A stretch of DNA of 64,000 bases from assembly GCF_963921235.1 (NCBI RefSeq), contig NC_086106.1, positions 33,728,001 to 33,792,000 of the forward strand. The letters run 5' to 3'. The notes under the pieces were generated by a model. The model did no database searches, had not been told where the DNA came from, and worked only from the letters and a program-made list of their open reading frames with translations. Made by a program: the position numbers and the translations under genes. The DNA comes from Mobula hypostoma. Taxonomy: Eukaryota. Every line of letters begins with the position of its first letter. Within the stretch, counting starts at the first letter, position 1. Shown here piece by piece: positions 1 through 14,109 of this stretch.

Positions 1-330
1 AGATAAGAGCCAGAAGGATGATTAGTGGGGAAGGACGAGTGGACGAGGGAGTCAGATGGAGACTTCTTCTTCAGGTAACTTGCTATAGAAGACTTCATCC
101 TTTTATCTCCTCCATCTATCATCTCCTAGCTTCTTACTTCATCCCTTTCCACCTCCCCATCTACCATAACCCTCATCTGTTTTCTTGTATTACCTGCCAG
201 GGTGTACTTCCCTTTCCCTCGCCTCCTTATTCTGGCTTCTTCCCCCGTCGGTCTGAAACTTCAATAGTTATTCGTCATCAGAAATGATACCTGACCTGCC
301 GAGTTCCTTCAGCATTCTGTGTGCGCTCTC
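1..330. mobile_element. Non-autonomous Penelope-derived hairpin/terminal repeat fragment
   Basis: Ends in 'cctgacctgccgagttccttcagcattctgtgtg', the terminal motif also seen on the Penelope element at 18335-21027 and on short copies elsewhere in the window. Confidence 0.5.
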
Positions 331-600
331 TGAAAATTGTTTTTTTGTCTTATCAACTCCTCAACTGAAAAGAGCTCCTACCTTTTCATTATCATGGTTT
401 CCTCCTCTGTTTGCTGCGATATAAATTTAAATATAAAAGGTTTACTTTTCCTGTCTGACTTCTTCCTTCGCCCTTAATTTAGGATGTCTCTTTCAGCCTC
501 TCTCTCTCACGTGCACAAACACAGTCCTGCACACATGCACGACCATACAGATACATGTTCTGATAACGAATTCGGCAGGACATACCCAGAATGTCTTTCC

Positions 601-3500
601 TTTAGTTTACTTTACTTTATTGTCGCCAAACAATTGATACTAGAGCGTACAATCATCACAGCGATATTTGATTCTGCGCTTCGCGCTCCCTGGAGAACAA
701 ATCGACAGTAAATATTAAAAATTTAAAGTATAAATCATAAATAGAAAATAGAAGATGGAAAGTAAGGTAGTGAAGAAAAAAAACGAGAGGCAGGTCCGGA
801 TATTTGGAGGTTACGGCTCAGATCCGGGTCAGGATCCATTCAGCAGTCTTATCACAGTTGGAAAGAAGCTGTTCCCAAATCTGGCCGTACGAGTCTTCAA
901 GCTCCTGAGCCTTCTCCCGGAGGGAAGAGGGACGAAAAGTGTGTTGGCTGGGTGGGTCGTGTCCTTGATTATCCTGGCAGCACTGCTCCAACAGCGTGCA
1001 CTGTAAAGTGAGTCTACGGACGGAAGATTGGTCTGTGTGATGTGCTGCGCCGTGTTCACGATCTTCTGCAGCTTCTTCCGGTCTTGGACAGGACAACTTC
1101 CATACCAGATTGTGATGCACCCTAGAAGAATGCTTTCTACGGTGCATCTATAAAAATTAGTGAGGGTTTTAGGGTACAGTCCAAATTTCTTTAGCTTTCT
1201 CAGGAAGTAAAGGCGCTCTCGGGCCTTCTTGGCAGTGCACTCTGCTTGGTTGGACCAAGTCAGGTCATTTGTGATATTGACTTAAAGCTATTGAGCTGTT
1301 CCACTTGCGCACGACCGATATAAATGGGGTCGTCCGGTCCGCTACTCTTTCTGAAGTCAACAACCAATTCCTTCGTCATGCTTACGTTGATGGATAGGTT
1401 ATTGTCTTCGCACTATGTCACCAGGTTCTTAATTTCCTCTCTGTACTCAAACTCATCATTGCCCGAGATACGGCCAACGATTGTGGTGTCATCAGCAAAC
1501 TTATATATTGAGTTCGATGGAAACTTGGCTACACAATCATGGGTGTACAGTGAGTACAGCAGGGGGCTGAGTACACAGCCTTGTGGGGCACCGGTGCTTA
1601 GAGTGATTGTAGAGGAGATCTTGTCCCCTATTTTTACAGCCTGGGTCCTGTCTGTGAGGAAGTGGAAGATCCAGCTGCAGATCTGAGTGCTAAGGCTTAG
1701 GTTCCGGAGCTTAGGAATCAGTTTATTTGGAACCATGGTATTAAAGGCAGAGCTGTAGTCAATGAAAAGGAGCCTTACATATGCGTCTTTATTCTCCAGA
1801 TGTTCTAAGGAGGAATGTAGGGCTAGGGAGATGGCAGCTGTCGTTGACCTGTTGCTCCGGTAGGCGAATTGCAAAGCATCGAGGTTGACCGGTAGGCTGT
1901 GGTTGATGTGTGCCATAACCAATCGCTCGAAGCACTTCATAGCAATTGATGTCAGAGCCACAGGTCGATAGTCATTCAGGCATGCCACCTTGCTCTTCCT
2001 CGGCACCGGGATTATCGTTGCCATCTTAAAACACGAGGGGATCTCAGACTGAAGCAAGGAGTAGTTGAAAATGTCAGCAAACACTCCAGCTAGCTCCCTT
2101 GCGCAGGCCCGGAGAACCCGACACAGGACACCATCTGGGCCCGTCGCCTTCCTTGCATTTATCTTCAGGAAGGCCCTTCTGACGTGCTCCTCGGTAACGA
2201 TGAATCTCGATGCCACCAGGTCCGGTTCTTCCGGAGGGAGCGGGACGCTCCTCTTCTGTTCTAATCTTGCGTAGAATACGTTAAATTGGTCAGGAAGAGT
2301 AGCGCCACCGTTATCGATGTTCCCAGCCATTTCGTTGCGCCAGTGATCTCATTTAGAACCTGCCAAAACCTACCGGCATCCATCTGGTTAGCCTGGGCTT
2401 CCAATTTGGCTTGATATTGCCTCTTGGTGTCCTTAATGGCTTTCCGGAGTTCACGTCTGGATCCCTTGTAGCGACTGGTATCCCCGGACTAAAAGCCGCA
2501 GCTCTAGACTTCAAAAGGGAGTTGACCTCATAATTCATTCAAGGTTTCCGGTTAGGGAATATCCGGATCGTCTTGCGAGACACACAATCCTCTGTGCATT
2601 TCCAGATAAAGTCCGAGACAGCTGAGGCATACTTATCGAGGTTAGCTGCCAAGACTTTGAATACTAACCATCCACCGATTCAAAGCAGTGACGGAGCTCC
2701 TCATCCGTTTCCTCCGTCCAACGCGGCACCACCTTTGACACCGTGCCCTCCCGCTCCAGTTTCCGTCTGTAAGCCGGGCGGAGGAGTACGGCCTGATGGT
2801 CTTACTTTCCGAACTGAGGTCGTGGGAAGGAACGCTTGACTGCTGTGTAGCAGTGGTCAAGTATAATCGGGCCTCTAGTGGGGCTGGGGACATGTTGGTA
2901 TAACTTTGGCAGCGCCTTTCTGAGGTTGGCCAGGTTAAAGTCCCCGGCTGTAATGAGCAAAGCCTCCGGATACCTGGTCTCAAGTTCACTGATGTTGGCA
3001 TACAGTCTGTTCAGAGCTCACTCCACGTCCGCCTGGGGGCGGGGGGTGGGGGTGGGGTGGGGGGAATGTAGACCACTGTGAGCATGACCGAGGTGAATTC
3101 CTGTGGCAGATAGTAGTTCCAGCTCCGGCTGCAGGAGCTTGTCAGTGCTACTGTGTCCGAGCACCACGCAGTGTTGGTCAGTAGGCAGACACCACCTCCA
3201 CTTGTCTTGACCGAAGACGCCGTGCAGTCCATCCGATGGATAGAAAATCTGTCCGGTCGGATGGGACATTCTGGTGTGGCAGGGGAGAGCCAGCTCTCAG
3301 GGAAACAGAATACACAGCATTTCTGCATCTCTCTGCAGTAGGTGAGTCTCCCTTTAAGATCATCCACCTTGTTCTCTATGGCTTGCATTTTAGCTAGTAT
3401 GATGGTGGGCATAGGGACTCTGAAGCCCCTCAGCTTCAATCTGACCAGCAGCCCAGCTCTTTTCCCACGCTTCCTCGGTAAATAGTGCATCTTTCCAGCT
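601..3500 (-). mobile_element. Rex1/Babar-type LINE, degenerate (endonuclease + RT, internal deletions)
   Basis: ORF 1413-2330 has RT motifs (KATGPDG, NDYRPVALTSIAMKCFE, LQFAYRSNRST, FIDYSSAFNT, GAPQGCVLSPLLY, KFADDT). ORF 3011-3682 has an APE-like segment (FCFPESWL, SGGGVC). The C-terminal 'HPANTLFVPLPSGRR' is at 829-1059 and a (TTTAC)n-like 3' tail is near 601-620. Confidence 0.85.
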
Positions 3501-5886
3501 TTCCATAGATGCAGTGTGTTGTTGGCAGCTCTTTGACGTTGGTGGACGCGTCCCCCGGGGATCGATCGGCGGGTGGCGTCGTCGGGCTCTCCGGGTTGGG
3601 CCGAGTGACGGGGGAGGCTCCGCTGCCACTTCCAGCTGCCGGGAGGCCGGGCTGTCGATTGGGCCGGCCCCAAAGCCGACACTTAATCCCGGAAGGCCGG
3701 ACTCCAGGCTGAAACAAGTCCGTTAGCTGAGTTGATATCTGGCGACTCTGCGCGTGCTCTCCCGAGCAAACTGCGGTCTACACTATCCTAAACCCGAGAA
3801 ACCCCTTTAAACCTCCAATCTGCTACATCTAGCAGGATCAACAACACCCTGGTGAAGCTACTGACCCAACTGGAAGTCACCGCGCCAGAAATGCTTGTTC
3901 AACTCCGGACCGCACCTGGACCCAGCCAGCGAGGCCTGGTCCGAGTCTTCGCTTTCCTTTGCAGTATTCGCCAGACAAATCTGACTGACCTACTAAGAAA
4001 TTCTTTCCATTGGAAATCAAATTGAAACATCAACATTGAATCTTTCTTCACATATGCAAAAGCGTTTTTTTTTACTTTTGTGTTCAGTCGCATCATATTC
4101 CTTCGAACCCAACTGTCGGAAAGTTTATTGTTGGCCAGAGGTTAATGCAGCAATCATGTATTAACAAATGCTGAAGTTCACAGATTCTGGTAATTCTTTC
4201 GAAAGTAACAAATCAAACCGTGTCAGATCGCTCTGCTTCTGTAAGAGGCGCAAAGAAAATGTATTGTGAATGATCGTTTATCCGAGCTATAGATTTGTTT
4301 CATTTATGGGTATATTTACCCTAGGGGAGTTCAATGTTTAATTGGTGAAATAATATCAGTGGCTAATTGTGTATAAAACTGCCAGGTCCGTTGTCTTTTC
4401 TACAGTTAAGACGAATAAGATTGATTGCATTGCAGAGTCAAATTGAATATTTTTTTTTACCCAAAAAACAACTCTCGTGTGGGATTCTATAAAGTGATAT
4501 GAGTAAAATTAGGAGACAATTTTCTATTTCTTTCCCTCACAAGTTAAAACAAACATTGCATAAATGTTACCAGTGAATTTTGGGTGGACTGAGGCCAATT
4601 GGTTTTAATTTGTTAGATGAAAGTGTTGGCGTTCATGAGGTAATGCAGATAAATGGAAAGAGAATACAGACAGACAAAAATGCTAAAATCCTCGCCTTGC
4701 TATACCAGCAATGATCAGTGGATGGCAGTAACGGGTCCCTGAAATGAAATATCTTCCAGTCAATAAATCAGAACTGGAAATCCCAAATTAGAATTATTAT
4801 TGTTTCAGCTTTTTTTTCTGCTTGGATCCAATGAATATGGATTATTATCTTCTAAAGACAAGGAGTATAAATATTTCCTGGTCATGGTGAAGAAGTTGAA
4901 TTTATGGCACCGGCACCAACTAGGAAAGGAGAGCAGATATTCTTTCCAAAAGGACTCGAGCAAACCAAATGTGTATTTGTTCCGTAATTTTTGCTCATGT
5001 CTTGTGATCTGCTAAAGCTAACTTTAAAATAAGGACTTTTTTTTTAATGAGATGATTATCTCAATGTCTCGAGTTGCTATGGTTGGATTCCAACTCACGT
5101 CGCTCGCTATTAATGCATTGGCAGATATGTTTTGAAAATAACGCTTTCCATGCTATCAAAGCTCTTTTATTATTTTTTCATTCACCCAATTCCACAGCAA
5201 CATGCCCAAACCTTATCCCGGCAACACGCATTGAATGAAGAAGGAACTCAGCAAGCTAAGTAGCATCTATTGAAAGGAAATAAACAGCATCTACACTTTT
5301 GTTCCTTTTTCTGGTGAAGCTCCTTTCCTATTCTAGTTTCCATGCACTGCGCCCATACAATGTGCCGGATTGCCATGGACTTCCTTTGTCTCAAGTGGAC
5401 AAGAACGTCTAATTTGATGTCAGTGCCACTTGTCTTTAACTCATTGGGGATGGCGGGGGGGGGGGGGGGCCCCGAATCTAACGTTCCAGGATTACAACCC
5501 CATGAAACTCACCGTCATTTCCAGCAAGCATACTTTCCTCTCGGTTCCCTGTTGTCTTTTTCTATCAAATTATACATGCTAATATTGCCCAACTGTATCA
5601 CATCCTGCTGTCTCAATTCTGTTACCAGGAAACTGCCGAGCACCTTCTATTTTCATCTTGACAAATTGAGGCTGATCTTAAAAGTTCAAAATCATCTCGT
5701 AAATCGTGGATGGACTTGCAACCATCTAATAAGGATAATCGCAGAGAAATGGGTGGATGTGCAGATTCACCTGAAGGTGAAGAAGTGCAGTACACCTGTT
5801 GGTAGAGGTGGTGGATAAATGAACAGGGGAAAGAATACAAAGCTCATTTTCTTCTATCTGAATGCAAGGAATCTAATTAGTGAGGT

Positions 5887-6740
5887 CATCATCATAGCTT
5901 GTCACGCCAGACAGCCAGCCACTCTAGTGTTGTTTGGTTCATGTTGAGCAGGTCAGTGTCAGCTAAATCAGGTGAGAGTGGGCAGCTGCGCAGAACGTGT
6001 TCAATATTCTGCATCCTTTCGCCACGCTCACAGGTTCGATGGTCTTTAAACCACACTTCACCATATTGTCTCCCGTCCTACAAACTCCCGCTCTCGCTCT
6101 GTTGAGAGTGCACCACTTCCGTCTGCCAGGCAGTGCCCCGTCTGGTAACATTTCTGTGCGGTCTTGCACTGTATTGTTTGGTGGGGATCTGGCTTCTGTT
6201 TGTTGCCAGAGGTCAATCCTGTATGTTTGGGGGGATATTCCGTGCGGTAGTTCCTCCACTGTAGCAAAGCTTTTCCTCGATTTTAGGCAGTTGTAAAATG
6301 GCACATGATGATGTAGTGGGTGCCGTGGATCCGAGTCCTGTTTACCTTTTTCAATTTTTGTTGTAGTATGTCTTCGGATCTCTGGGGGAGCAATGCCTGC
6401 AAGTCGGTAAACGATGTTAGTGGGTGTGGGGCGCAGTGTGCCCGTAATTATTCGGCAGACTTCGTTAAGCAAAGGGTCTATTTTCTTTGCATGGGCTGAT
6501 CTGCCCCACACAGGTGTAAAGTATTCTGCAGGTGCATAGCAGAGTGCTAGGGCAGTTGATCTGAGTGTGTGAGCATTAGCTCTCCATTTTGTGCCTGCTA
6601 ATTTTTTTCAAGAGAGAATTGCGAGGGACAAATTTCCCTTAGAGTTTTTGGATGTGGGTGGCAAATGAGAGCGTCCTATCCAGTGTCACGCCCAGGGAAG
6701 TTGGAGTCGGATGGTGTTCGAGCTCCTTCCCATACCAGAA
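5887..6740 (-). mobile_element. 5'-truncated Ingi/Vingi-like (I-group) LINE 3' fragment
   Basis: ORF 5963-6511 'LNEVCRIITGTLRPTPTNIVYRLAGIAPPEIRR...HPLH...CLKSRKSF...CTLNRARAG' is a typical RT C-terminal region; short (GAT)n tail near 5887. Clade assignment is from motif recall. Confidence 0.6.
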
Positions 6741-7059
6741 GTAAGGTAGTTGAAGTCAACACTTTAATTCAAACTTTGATTTTGATTAAGATTTTGTTTC
6801 CTTTATTATCACACGATTGAAAATTAGATAATCTGGCAACAGAGTATGGATTTCTTTTCAGTTAAAACAAGAGGAAATGCGAAAGAGGAGGTGGTATTTC
6901 AGTTTCGTAAATCTTGGATTGATAAATTTTGAAATAGTATGTGTGGGGATGGAGTAGTTGGGATTGCCGGATCAGCCAGGGGTACCGGGTATGTCAGGGA
7001 CAGATCTCAGTGACGAATCTGTATTTATTTTAAAGAAGGAAATTGTGTATTAGAACATA

Positions 7060-10000
7060 GGACATAGAACTTAGAAGAGTACCACAGAAACAGATCATTC
7101 AACCTGCAATGTCGTGTGGAGCCAGTTAGAAAGCAAATCAAAAACACCCGAACACTCATCCCTCCTACCTACACTATGTCCATATCCCTCCATCTTCGTT
7201 TCATCCATGTGCCGATCCAAACATCTCTAAAAAGCCTCTAGTGTATTTCCCTCCACCACCATACCAGGCGGCGCATTCGAGGCATCCACGACTCTCTGAG
7301 GAGACAACTTACCTCTCACATTCCCCTTGAACCTTGCCCCTCTCACGTTCAGTGCATGCCCTCGGGTGTTGGACGTTTCAACCCTGGGGAACTGACTCTC
7401 TGTTTACTCTATTTATGCCTCTCATAATCCTCTCAGGTTGTGACATGTCAGAGAAAACAGCCAAGTTTATCCGGCCTCTTGTGATAGCTCTAAACCAGGC
7501 ACTGTCCTGCAAATCTCTTCTGCACCCTCTCCAAAGCCTCAACGTCCTTCCTATGGTGGGTGACCAGAACTACACACAGCACTTCAAATGTGGCCTAAAC
7601 AGAGTTTTATAAAGTTGCAACATAACATCCTGACTTTTGAACTCAATGTGATGACTAATTAAAGCAAGTATTGTACATGCCTGCTTAATTGCCTTTTCAA
7701 CTGTGGAGCCACTTTCAAAGAGATATGAACTTGGATCCTGAAATCTCTCTGCTCAGCGACACTGTTGAGAGCCTTGCATTTGCCCTACCTGGGTTAAAGT
7801 ACACCTGCCATTTCTTAGCCCATGTCTGCAACTAATCCATATCATGCTGTATTCTTTGTCAGTCTTCTACACTATCCACAACTCCACCAGTCTTGGTATC
7901 ATCCACAAATTTACGAACCCACCCATCTACATTTTCATCTAGGTTATTTGTATATATTACAAACAGCTGAGGTCCCCGCACAGATCCCTGCGGAACTCCA
8001 CTAATTACAGACCTCCAGCTCGAATATGACCCTTTGACCACTCCCCTCTCTTTTCTATGCGCAAGCCAGTGCTGAATCCAAACAGCCAATTCACTGCACA
8101 AACCATGCATCTAATCTTCTGAATTCGTCTCCCTTCCCATGAGGGACTTTGCCAAACGCTGTACTAAAATTCATGTATACAACAACCACTGCCCTACCCT
8201 CAGCAATCTCTCTCATCATCTTGTCAAAAAAACTCAATCAAGATGATAAGGTACGACCTGCCACAAGCAAAGCTATGCTGGCTCTCCCTGGTTAGGTCAT
8301 GTGTTAACCCAAACTGATATATCCTATCTTTAAGAATTTTCTCCAGCAATTACCCTACAACTGACGTGGGACTCACCAATCTACAGTTCCAAGGACTTAC
8401 CCTGGTCCCATTCTTAAAAAAAGACGTATAGCATTAGCCACTCTTCAGTCCTCTGGGACCTTGCCTGTGGCTAGAAAGGACATAAAGACACTGGTTAAGG
8501 GTCCAGTAATCTCGTCCCTTGACTCCTTCAAAAGCCTGGGGTAAATCCCATCAAGCCCTGAGGACTTATCCATCTTAATAGTCATTAGAAGGCTCAACAC
8601 TTCCTCCCCCTTGTCCTCCAAACGCCCTAACGTATTTATACACGCAGTCCTGATCTCCTGGTCCTCCATATCTTTTCGCTTGGTAGATATTGAAGCAAAG
8701 TACTTATTAAGTACCTCGCTCCCATTTCCCCCAGCCCACTTTATCCTTGAGTGGTCCCTCCCTCTCCCTAGTTATCCTTTTACTGTTGATGTATGTATGG
8801 AATACCTTGGGATTCAACTTAATCTTGCTTGTCAAGGATATTTCATGGCTCCTCTTGGCTTCTTTATACTCCTCATGTGCTTTTTTGACCCAGACTTCCG
8901 AAGCTGTAAATACTTTTCCTTTTCCTTCTTGACTAAGTTCATCACCTCTATGGACATCCAAGCTGTTCTTATCTTTCCATCCCCGTCCTTCCTTCTGACG
9001 GGAACAAACCTTTCCTATAATCTGTGCAATTGATTTCTAACACCCCCTCTTCCCCCCACCCCCCGCCGCCCCACATGTCTGATCTGGACTTGACAGGGAA
9101 AAGCTTTTCCTAATTAAAGCTTTTTAGTTACTGCCTAATGCTCTCGTCATTTGCCCTGTTCCATTTTAAAACTTTCCAACAAGGACCACACCTATCCAAC
9201 AGCAACCTTGAAAGCTAAAGAATTGTGAGCACAACTCTCTAACTGTTCAACCACTGGAAGGTCAGTCACCTGGCCAGACTGATTCCCAACACGAGGTCCA
9301 GTACAGCCACTCCCCTGATTGGACCGTCCACATATTGATCTAAGGAACCTGCCTGGATGCATTTAGAAACATAGAAACATAGAAAATAGGTGCAGGAGTA
9401 GGCCATTCGGCCCCTCGAGCCTGCACCGCCATTCAGAATGATCATGGCTGATCATCCAACTCAGAACCCTGTCCCAGCCTTCCCTCCATACCCCCTGATC
9501 CCTTTAGCCACAAGGGCCATATCGAACTCCCTCTTAAACATAGCCAATGAACTGGCCTCAACTGTTTTCCTGTGGCAGAGAATTCCACAGATTCACCACT
9601 CTCTGTGTGAAGAAGTTTTTCCTAATCTCGGTCCTAAAAGGCTTCCCCTTTACTCTCAAACTGTGACCCCTCGTTCTGGACTTCCCCAACATCGGGAACA
9701 ATCTTCCTGCATCTAGCCTGTCCAATCCCCTTAGGATTTTATATGTTCCAATAAAATCCCCCCTCAATCTTCTAAATTCCAACGAGTATAAGCCTAGTTG
9801 ATCCAGTCTTTCATCATATGAAAGTCCTCCCATCCCAGGAATCAATCCGGTGAACCTTCTTTGTACTCCCTCTATGGCAAGGATGTCTTTACTCAGCTTA
9901 GGGGACCAAAACTGCACACAATACTCCAGGTGTGGTCTCACCAAGGCCTTGTACAACTGCAGTGGTACCTCCCAGCTCCTGTCTCGACTCCTGTTGCTAT

Positions 10001-12900
10001 GAATGCCAGCATACCATTCGCCTTTTTCACCGCCTGCTGTACCTGCATGCCCACTTGCAATGACTGGCGTATAATGACACCCAGGTCTCGTTGCACCTCC
10101 CCTTTTCCTAATCAGCCACCATTCAGATGATAATCTGTTTCCCTGTTTTTGCCACCAAAGTGGATAACTTCACATTTATCCACATTAAATTGCACCTGCC
10201 GTGAATTTACCAACTCACTTAACCTATCCAAGTCACCCTGCATCCACTTAGCATCCTCCTCACAGCTAACACTGCCGCCCAACTTTGTGTCATCTGCAAA
10301 CTTGGAGATGCTGCATTTAATTCCCTCGTCTAAGTCATTAATATATATTGTAAACAACTGGGGTCCCAGCACTGAGCCTTGCGGTACCCCACTAGTCACT
10401 GCCTGCCATTCTGAAAAGGTCCCATTTATTCCCACTCTTTGCTTCCTGTCTGCCAACCAATTCTCTATCCACATCAATACCTTACCCACAATACCGTGTG
10501 CTTTAAGTTTGCACACTAATCTCCTGTGTGGGACCTTGTCAAAAGTCTTTTGAAAATCCACATATACCACATCCACTGTTTCTCCCCTATCCACTCTACT
10601 AGTTACATCCTCAAAAAATGCTATGAGATTCGTCAGACATGATTTTCCTTTCACAAATCCATGCTGACTTTGTCTGATGATTTCACCACTTTCCAAATGT
10701 GCTGTTATCACATCTTTGATAACTGAGTCTACCATTTTCCCCACCACCGATCTCAGACTAACCGGTCTATAATTCCCCGATTTCTTTCTCCCTCCTTTTT
10801 TAAAAAGTGGGGTTACATTAGCCACCCTCCAATCCACAGGAACTAGTCCAGAATCTAAAGAGTTTCGAAAAATTATCACTAATGCATCCACTGTTTCCTG
10901 GGCTACTTCTTTAAGCACTCTGGGATGCAGACCATCTGGCCCTGGGGATTTATCTGCCTTTAATCCCTTCAATTTACCTAACACCACTTCCCTACTAACA
11001 TGTATTTCCCTCAGTTCCTCCATCTCACTGGACCCTCTGTCCCCTACTATTTACAGAAGATTATTTATGTCCACCTTAGTGATGACAGAACCAAAGTAGT
11101 TATTCAATTGGTCTGCAATGTCCTTGCTCCCAATAATCAATTCACCTGTTTCTGTCTGTAGGGGACCTACATTTGTTTTAACCAATCTTTTTCTTTTCAC
11201 ATATCTATAAAAGCTTTTGCAGTCAGTTTTTATGTTCCCTGCCAGTTTTCTCTCATAATCTTTTTTTCCCTTCCTAATTAGGCCCTTTGTCCTCCTCTGC
11301 TGGACTCTGAGTTTCTTCCAGTCCTCAGGTGAGCCACTTTTTCTGGCTAATTTGTATGTTTCTTCTTTGGAATGTATACTATCCCTAATATCCCTTGTTG
11401 GCCACGGGTGCACTACCTTCCTTGATTTATTCTTTTACCAAACTGGGATGAACAATTGTTGTAGATCATCCATGCGATCTTTAACTGCTTGCCATTGCAT
11501 ATCCACCGTCAACCCTTTAAGTGTCATTTGCCAGTCCATATTAGCTAATTCACGTCTCATACCTTCAAAGATACACTTCTTTAAGTTCAGAACCTTTGCT
11601 TCTGAATTAACTATGTCACTCTCCATCTTAATGAAGAATTCCTCCATATTATGGTCACTCATACCCAAGGGGCCTCTCACGACAGGATTGCTAATTAACC
11701 CTTCCTCATTGAACAAATTCAGCCCCAACTAAATCCCATACAATAAGAAGGTCCAAGTTTACACTAGGGACGTTGAAATTTCCCATGACAGCAACCGTAT
11801 TATTTTCACACATTTTCTCAATCTGGTTGCATATCTCTTCCTCAATGACCCGGTGCCTAACCAGGTATCTGCAGTACAATCCCATCAGTGTGATTGCACC
11901 CCTCCTATTCCCGAATTCCACCTAAATGGATTTAGTGTCTGACTCCTCTGAGTGTAGCTGTGATATTGTCCCTGATTAGCAGAGCAACTCCACTCGCTCT
12001 GTTACCTCCTCCTCTATATATTCTAAAACTTCGAAAACCTGGTACATTCAGCACACAATCCTGCTCCCCTCTCAGCCAAGTTTCAGTAATGGCTTCAACA
12101 TTATAGTTCCATGTACTGATCTATGCTTTAAGTTTATCATCTTTACCCATAATGCACTAAACATTAAAATATACACACTTCGAACTATCTGACCCATCAT
12201 ACTACGTATTTCGATTTTGCCTTTCAATATTTTTCCCTGACATTTACCTTCTGGTTCGATCCTTCCCTTACTGACTTAGGGATCTGTTGCCCAGCCCCTG
12301 CAAAACTAGTTTGAACTCTCCCAAGCAGCAGCAACAAATTATTGCGGCCAGGATATTGGCTTCCCTCCAGTTCAGGTGCAATTATTCCGTCTTGTACAGG
12401 TCACCCCTTCCTCAGAAAAGATTCCAATGATCCGAGAACTTGAACTCCTGTCCTTTGCACCATCTCAGCAACCACTCACTCATCCGTGCTCCCATCCCAT
12501 TTCTATGTCATTGTTGTCAATATGCACCAGGAGCTCTGGCTGTTCCCTCTTCTCCTTGACAATATCTTGCAGCCGCTCCAATGCATCATGGAGCCCAGCA
12601 ACTGGGAGGAAACACACCATCCTATTGCCTTGTGGCTACACAGTATCTTTTCTGTCTCCCTAACTATTGAGTCCCCTATTATAACTTCTTTGCCTGACTT
12701 TATCCTTCCCTGTCAAGCCTCAGAGCCGGCTACAGTGCAAACAGCCTGTCCGCTATTGCCGTGATCTGACAGTCACGCACCCCTAGCGGTATACAAAGGA
12801 GAGTACTTGTTGCTGAGAAAAATGGCTACAGGGGAACCCTGCACTGTCTTCTTAATCCCCTACCTCTCCTGGTGGCCACAAGTCTACCGTCCAATGGCTA
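7060..12900 (-). mobile_element. Old degenerate CR1 LINE, split by a younger CR1 insertion at 9364-11711
   Basis: Fragmented ORF2 pieces (7859-8110 SGVPQGSV...KFVDDTK; 8445-8669 KSSGLDGIYPRLLKE; 11706-11921 VMGNFNVP endonuclease), CR1 3' tail 'tagaacataggacatagaac' near 7050-7075, and ORF1-like remnant to about 12900. Confidence 0.75.
9364..11711 (-). mobile_element. Younger 5'-truncated CR1 LINE (ORF2 with few frameshifts)
   Basis: ORFs 11435-11728, 11051-11413, 10112-11023 (KSPGPDGLHPRVLKE, YRPVSL, QHGFVKGKSCLTNL, YVDFQKTFDKVPH, SGVPQGSVLGP, KFADDTK) and 9558-9956 (YKALVRPHLEYCVQFWSP); 3' tail (TAGAAACA)n at 9364-9385. Confidence 0.92.
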
Positions 12901-13161
12901 CACACTGGGTATGACCACCTCTTCAAAAGTTTCGTCTATAATATCTTCAGCCTCCAGAATGGTCCTGATTACATCCAACTTCAGCTCCAATTAGTGAGGT
13001 ACCATCATAAATATGATTGACATTGACGTCAGTAAGGCCAGCAATAGGTCCAATTTAGAAATGTAATCTAAGATGTTAAGACCTATTTGATTCAGGGAAT
13101 GATGTTAAAATGAGGGTTTCTGGTGACCTCAGATTGTTTTTCTGTGATTGTTAGAATATGC

Positions 13162-14037
13162 TGTTACGTAACCGGCAACAATGAATATCAGTCGAGACAG
13201 GTTATATAAAAACAACCAAATATTTATTGAACACGGATAAACAATAAAAAACACAAACGAACACCTTAACCGGAAGTTAACCGCTATGCAGCCATTTAAC
13301 AAATCGGCACTGGTTCTTAAAGCGTTAAATGCGCAAACAGTTTTTAAAGCGGTAAAGTCAGATATAGTTCTTAAAATGGTAAATTCGAAAGTCCAACAGA
13401 CTTATACGTACAATTGGGAGAGACTTGTCTAGAGAAGGATTTCTTCAAAGACGCGTTTTTCCTGTTGGTTCTGTCCAAAGGATTCACGATGCAGGAAATA
13501 AACAGTTTCAAACAACCGACCTTAAATTATAGAGAACAAAGCTTTGCATGAACTACGTAGCTCTTTTGGCAAGAGTTATATCGATGCAGGTCGCTACTCC
13601 TTCAACGAAGACTCAGTAAGGTCGATCCTTTGTTAAATTGCCGAAGGATACCGACTCCTCTCAATCCTTTCGGGTTCTGTACTCCGATAAAGTCTTCACT
13701 CTCCCGTACTACTGCTGGAAAAATGTACATCAACACTTCTAGCAAAAATTGGCAATCTAGCACTATTGTATCTTGCAACAGAACGTTACACTCCGTTTAA
13801 AAAAAAAGAAACTGCGTCATACAATAAACACGCAACAGAAACGGAGACACAGACGCACGTTCCAGCTGGAAAACTAAAAACTAAAAAACTAACTGCGTCA
13901 TCTGGGGTCTTCCCTGAAATACCCGTGGTGCACATGTCATCACGTGACCTCACATCGACGGGAAAACTACATCGAGTGACCTCCAAAAGACCATTACATC
14001 ATTCTCACAAAAACAATCACATATAATGTACGTAACA
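13162..14037 (-). mobile_element. Solo LTR of the Gmr1-like Gypsy element
   Basis: TGTTACG...CGTAACA inverted termini; homologous to LTRs at 21125-22012 and 26982-27502; flanks ATGC/GTGT are one-mismatch versions of the GTGC TSD of the full element. Confidence 0.9.
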
Positions 14038-14109
14038 GTGTTAACCAGTGTTCCACAGGGACTGGTACTGGGAGCCTTTGTGTTTCAATATGGCATGACT
14101 GTGCATTAG

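Noticed and set aside
4800-5015. 71-aa ORF after an acceptor-like 'tgtttcag'
   Set aside because: No recognisable domain in any frame, no partner exons, AT-rich background.
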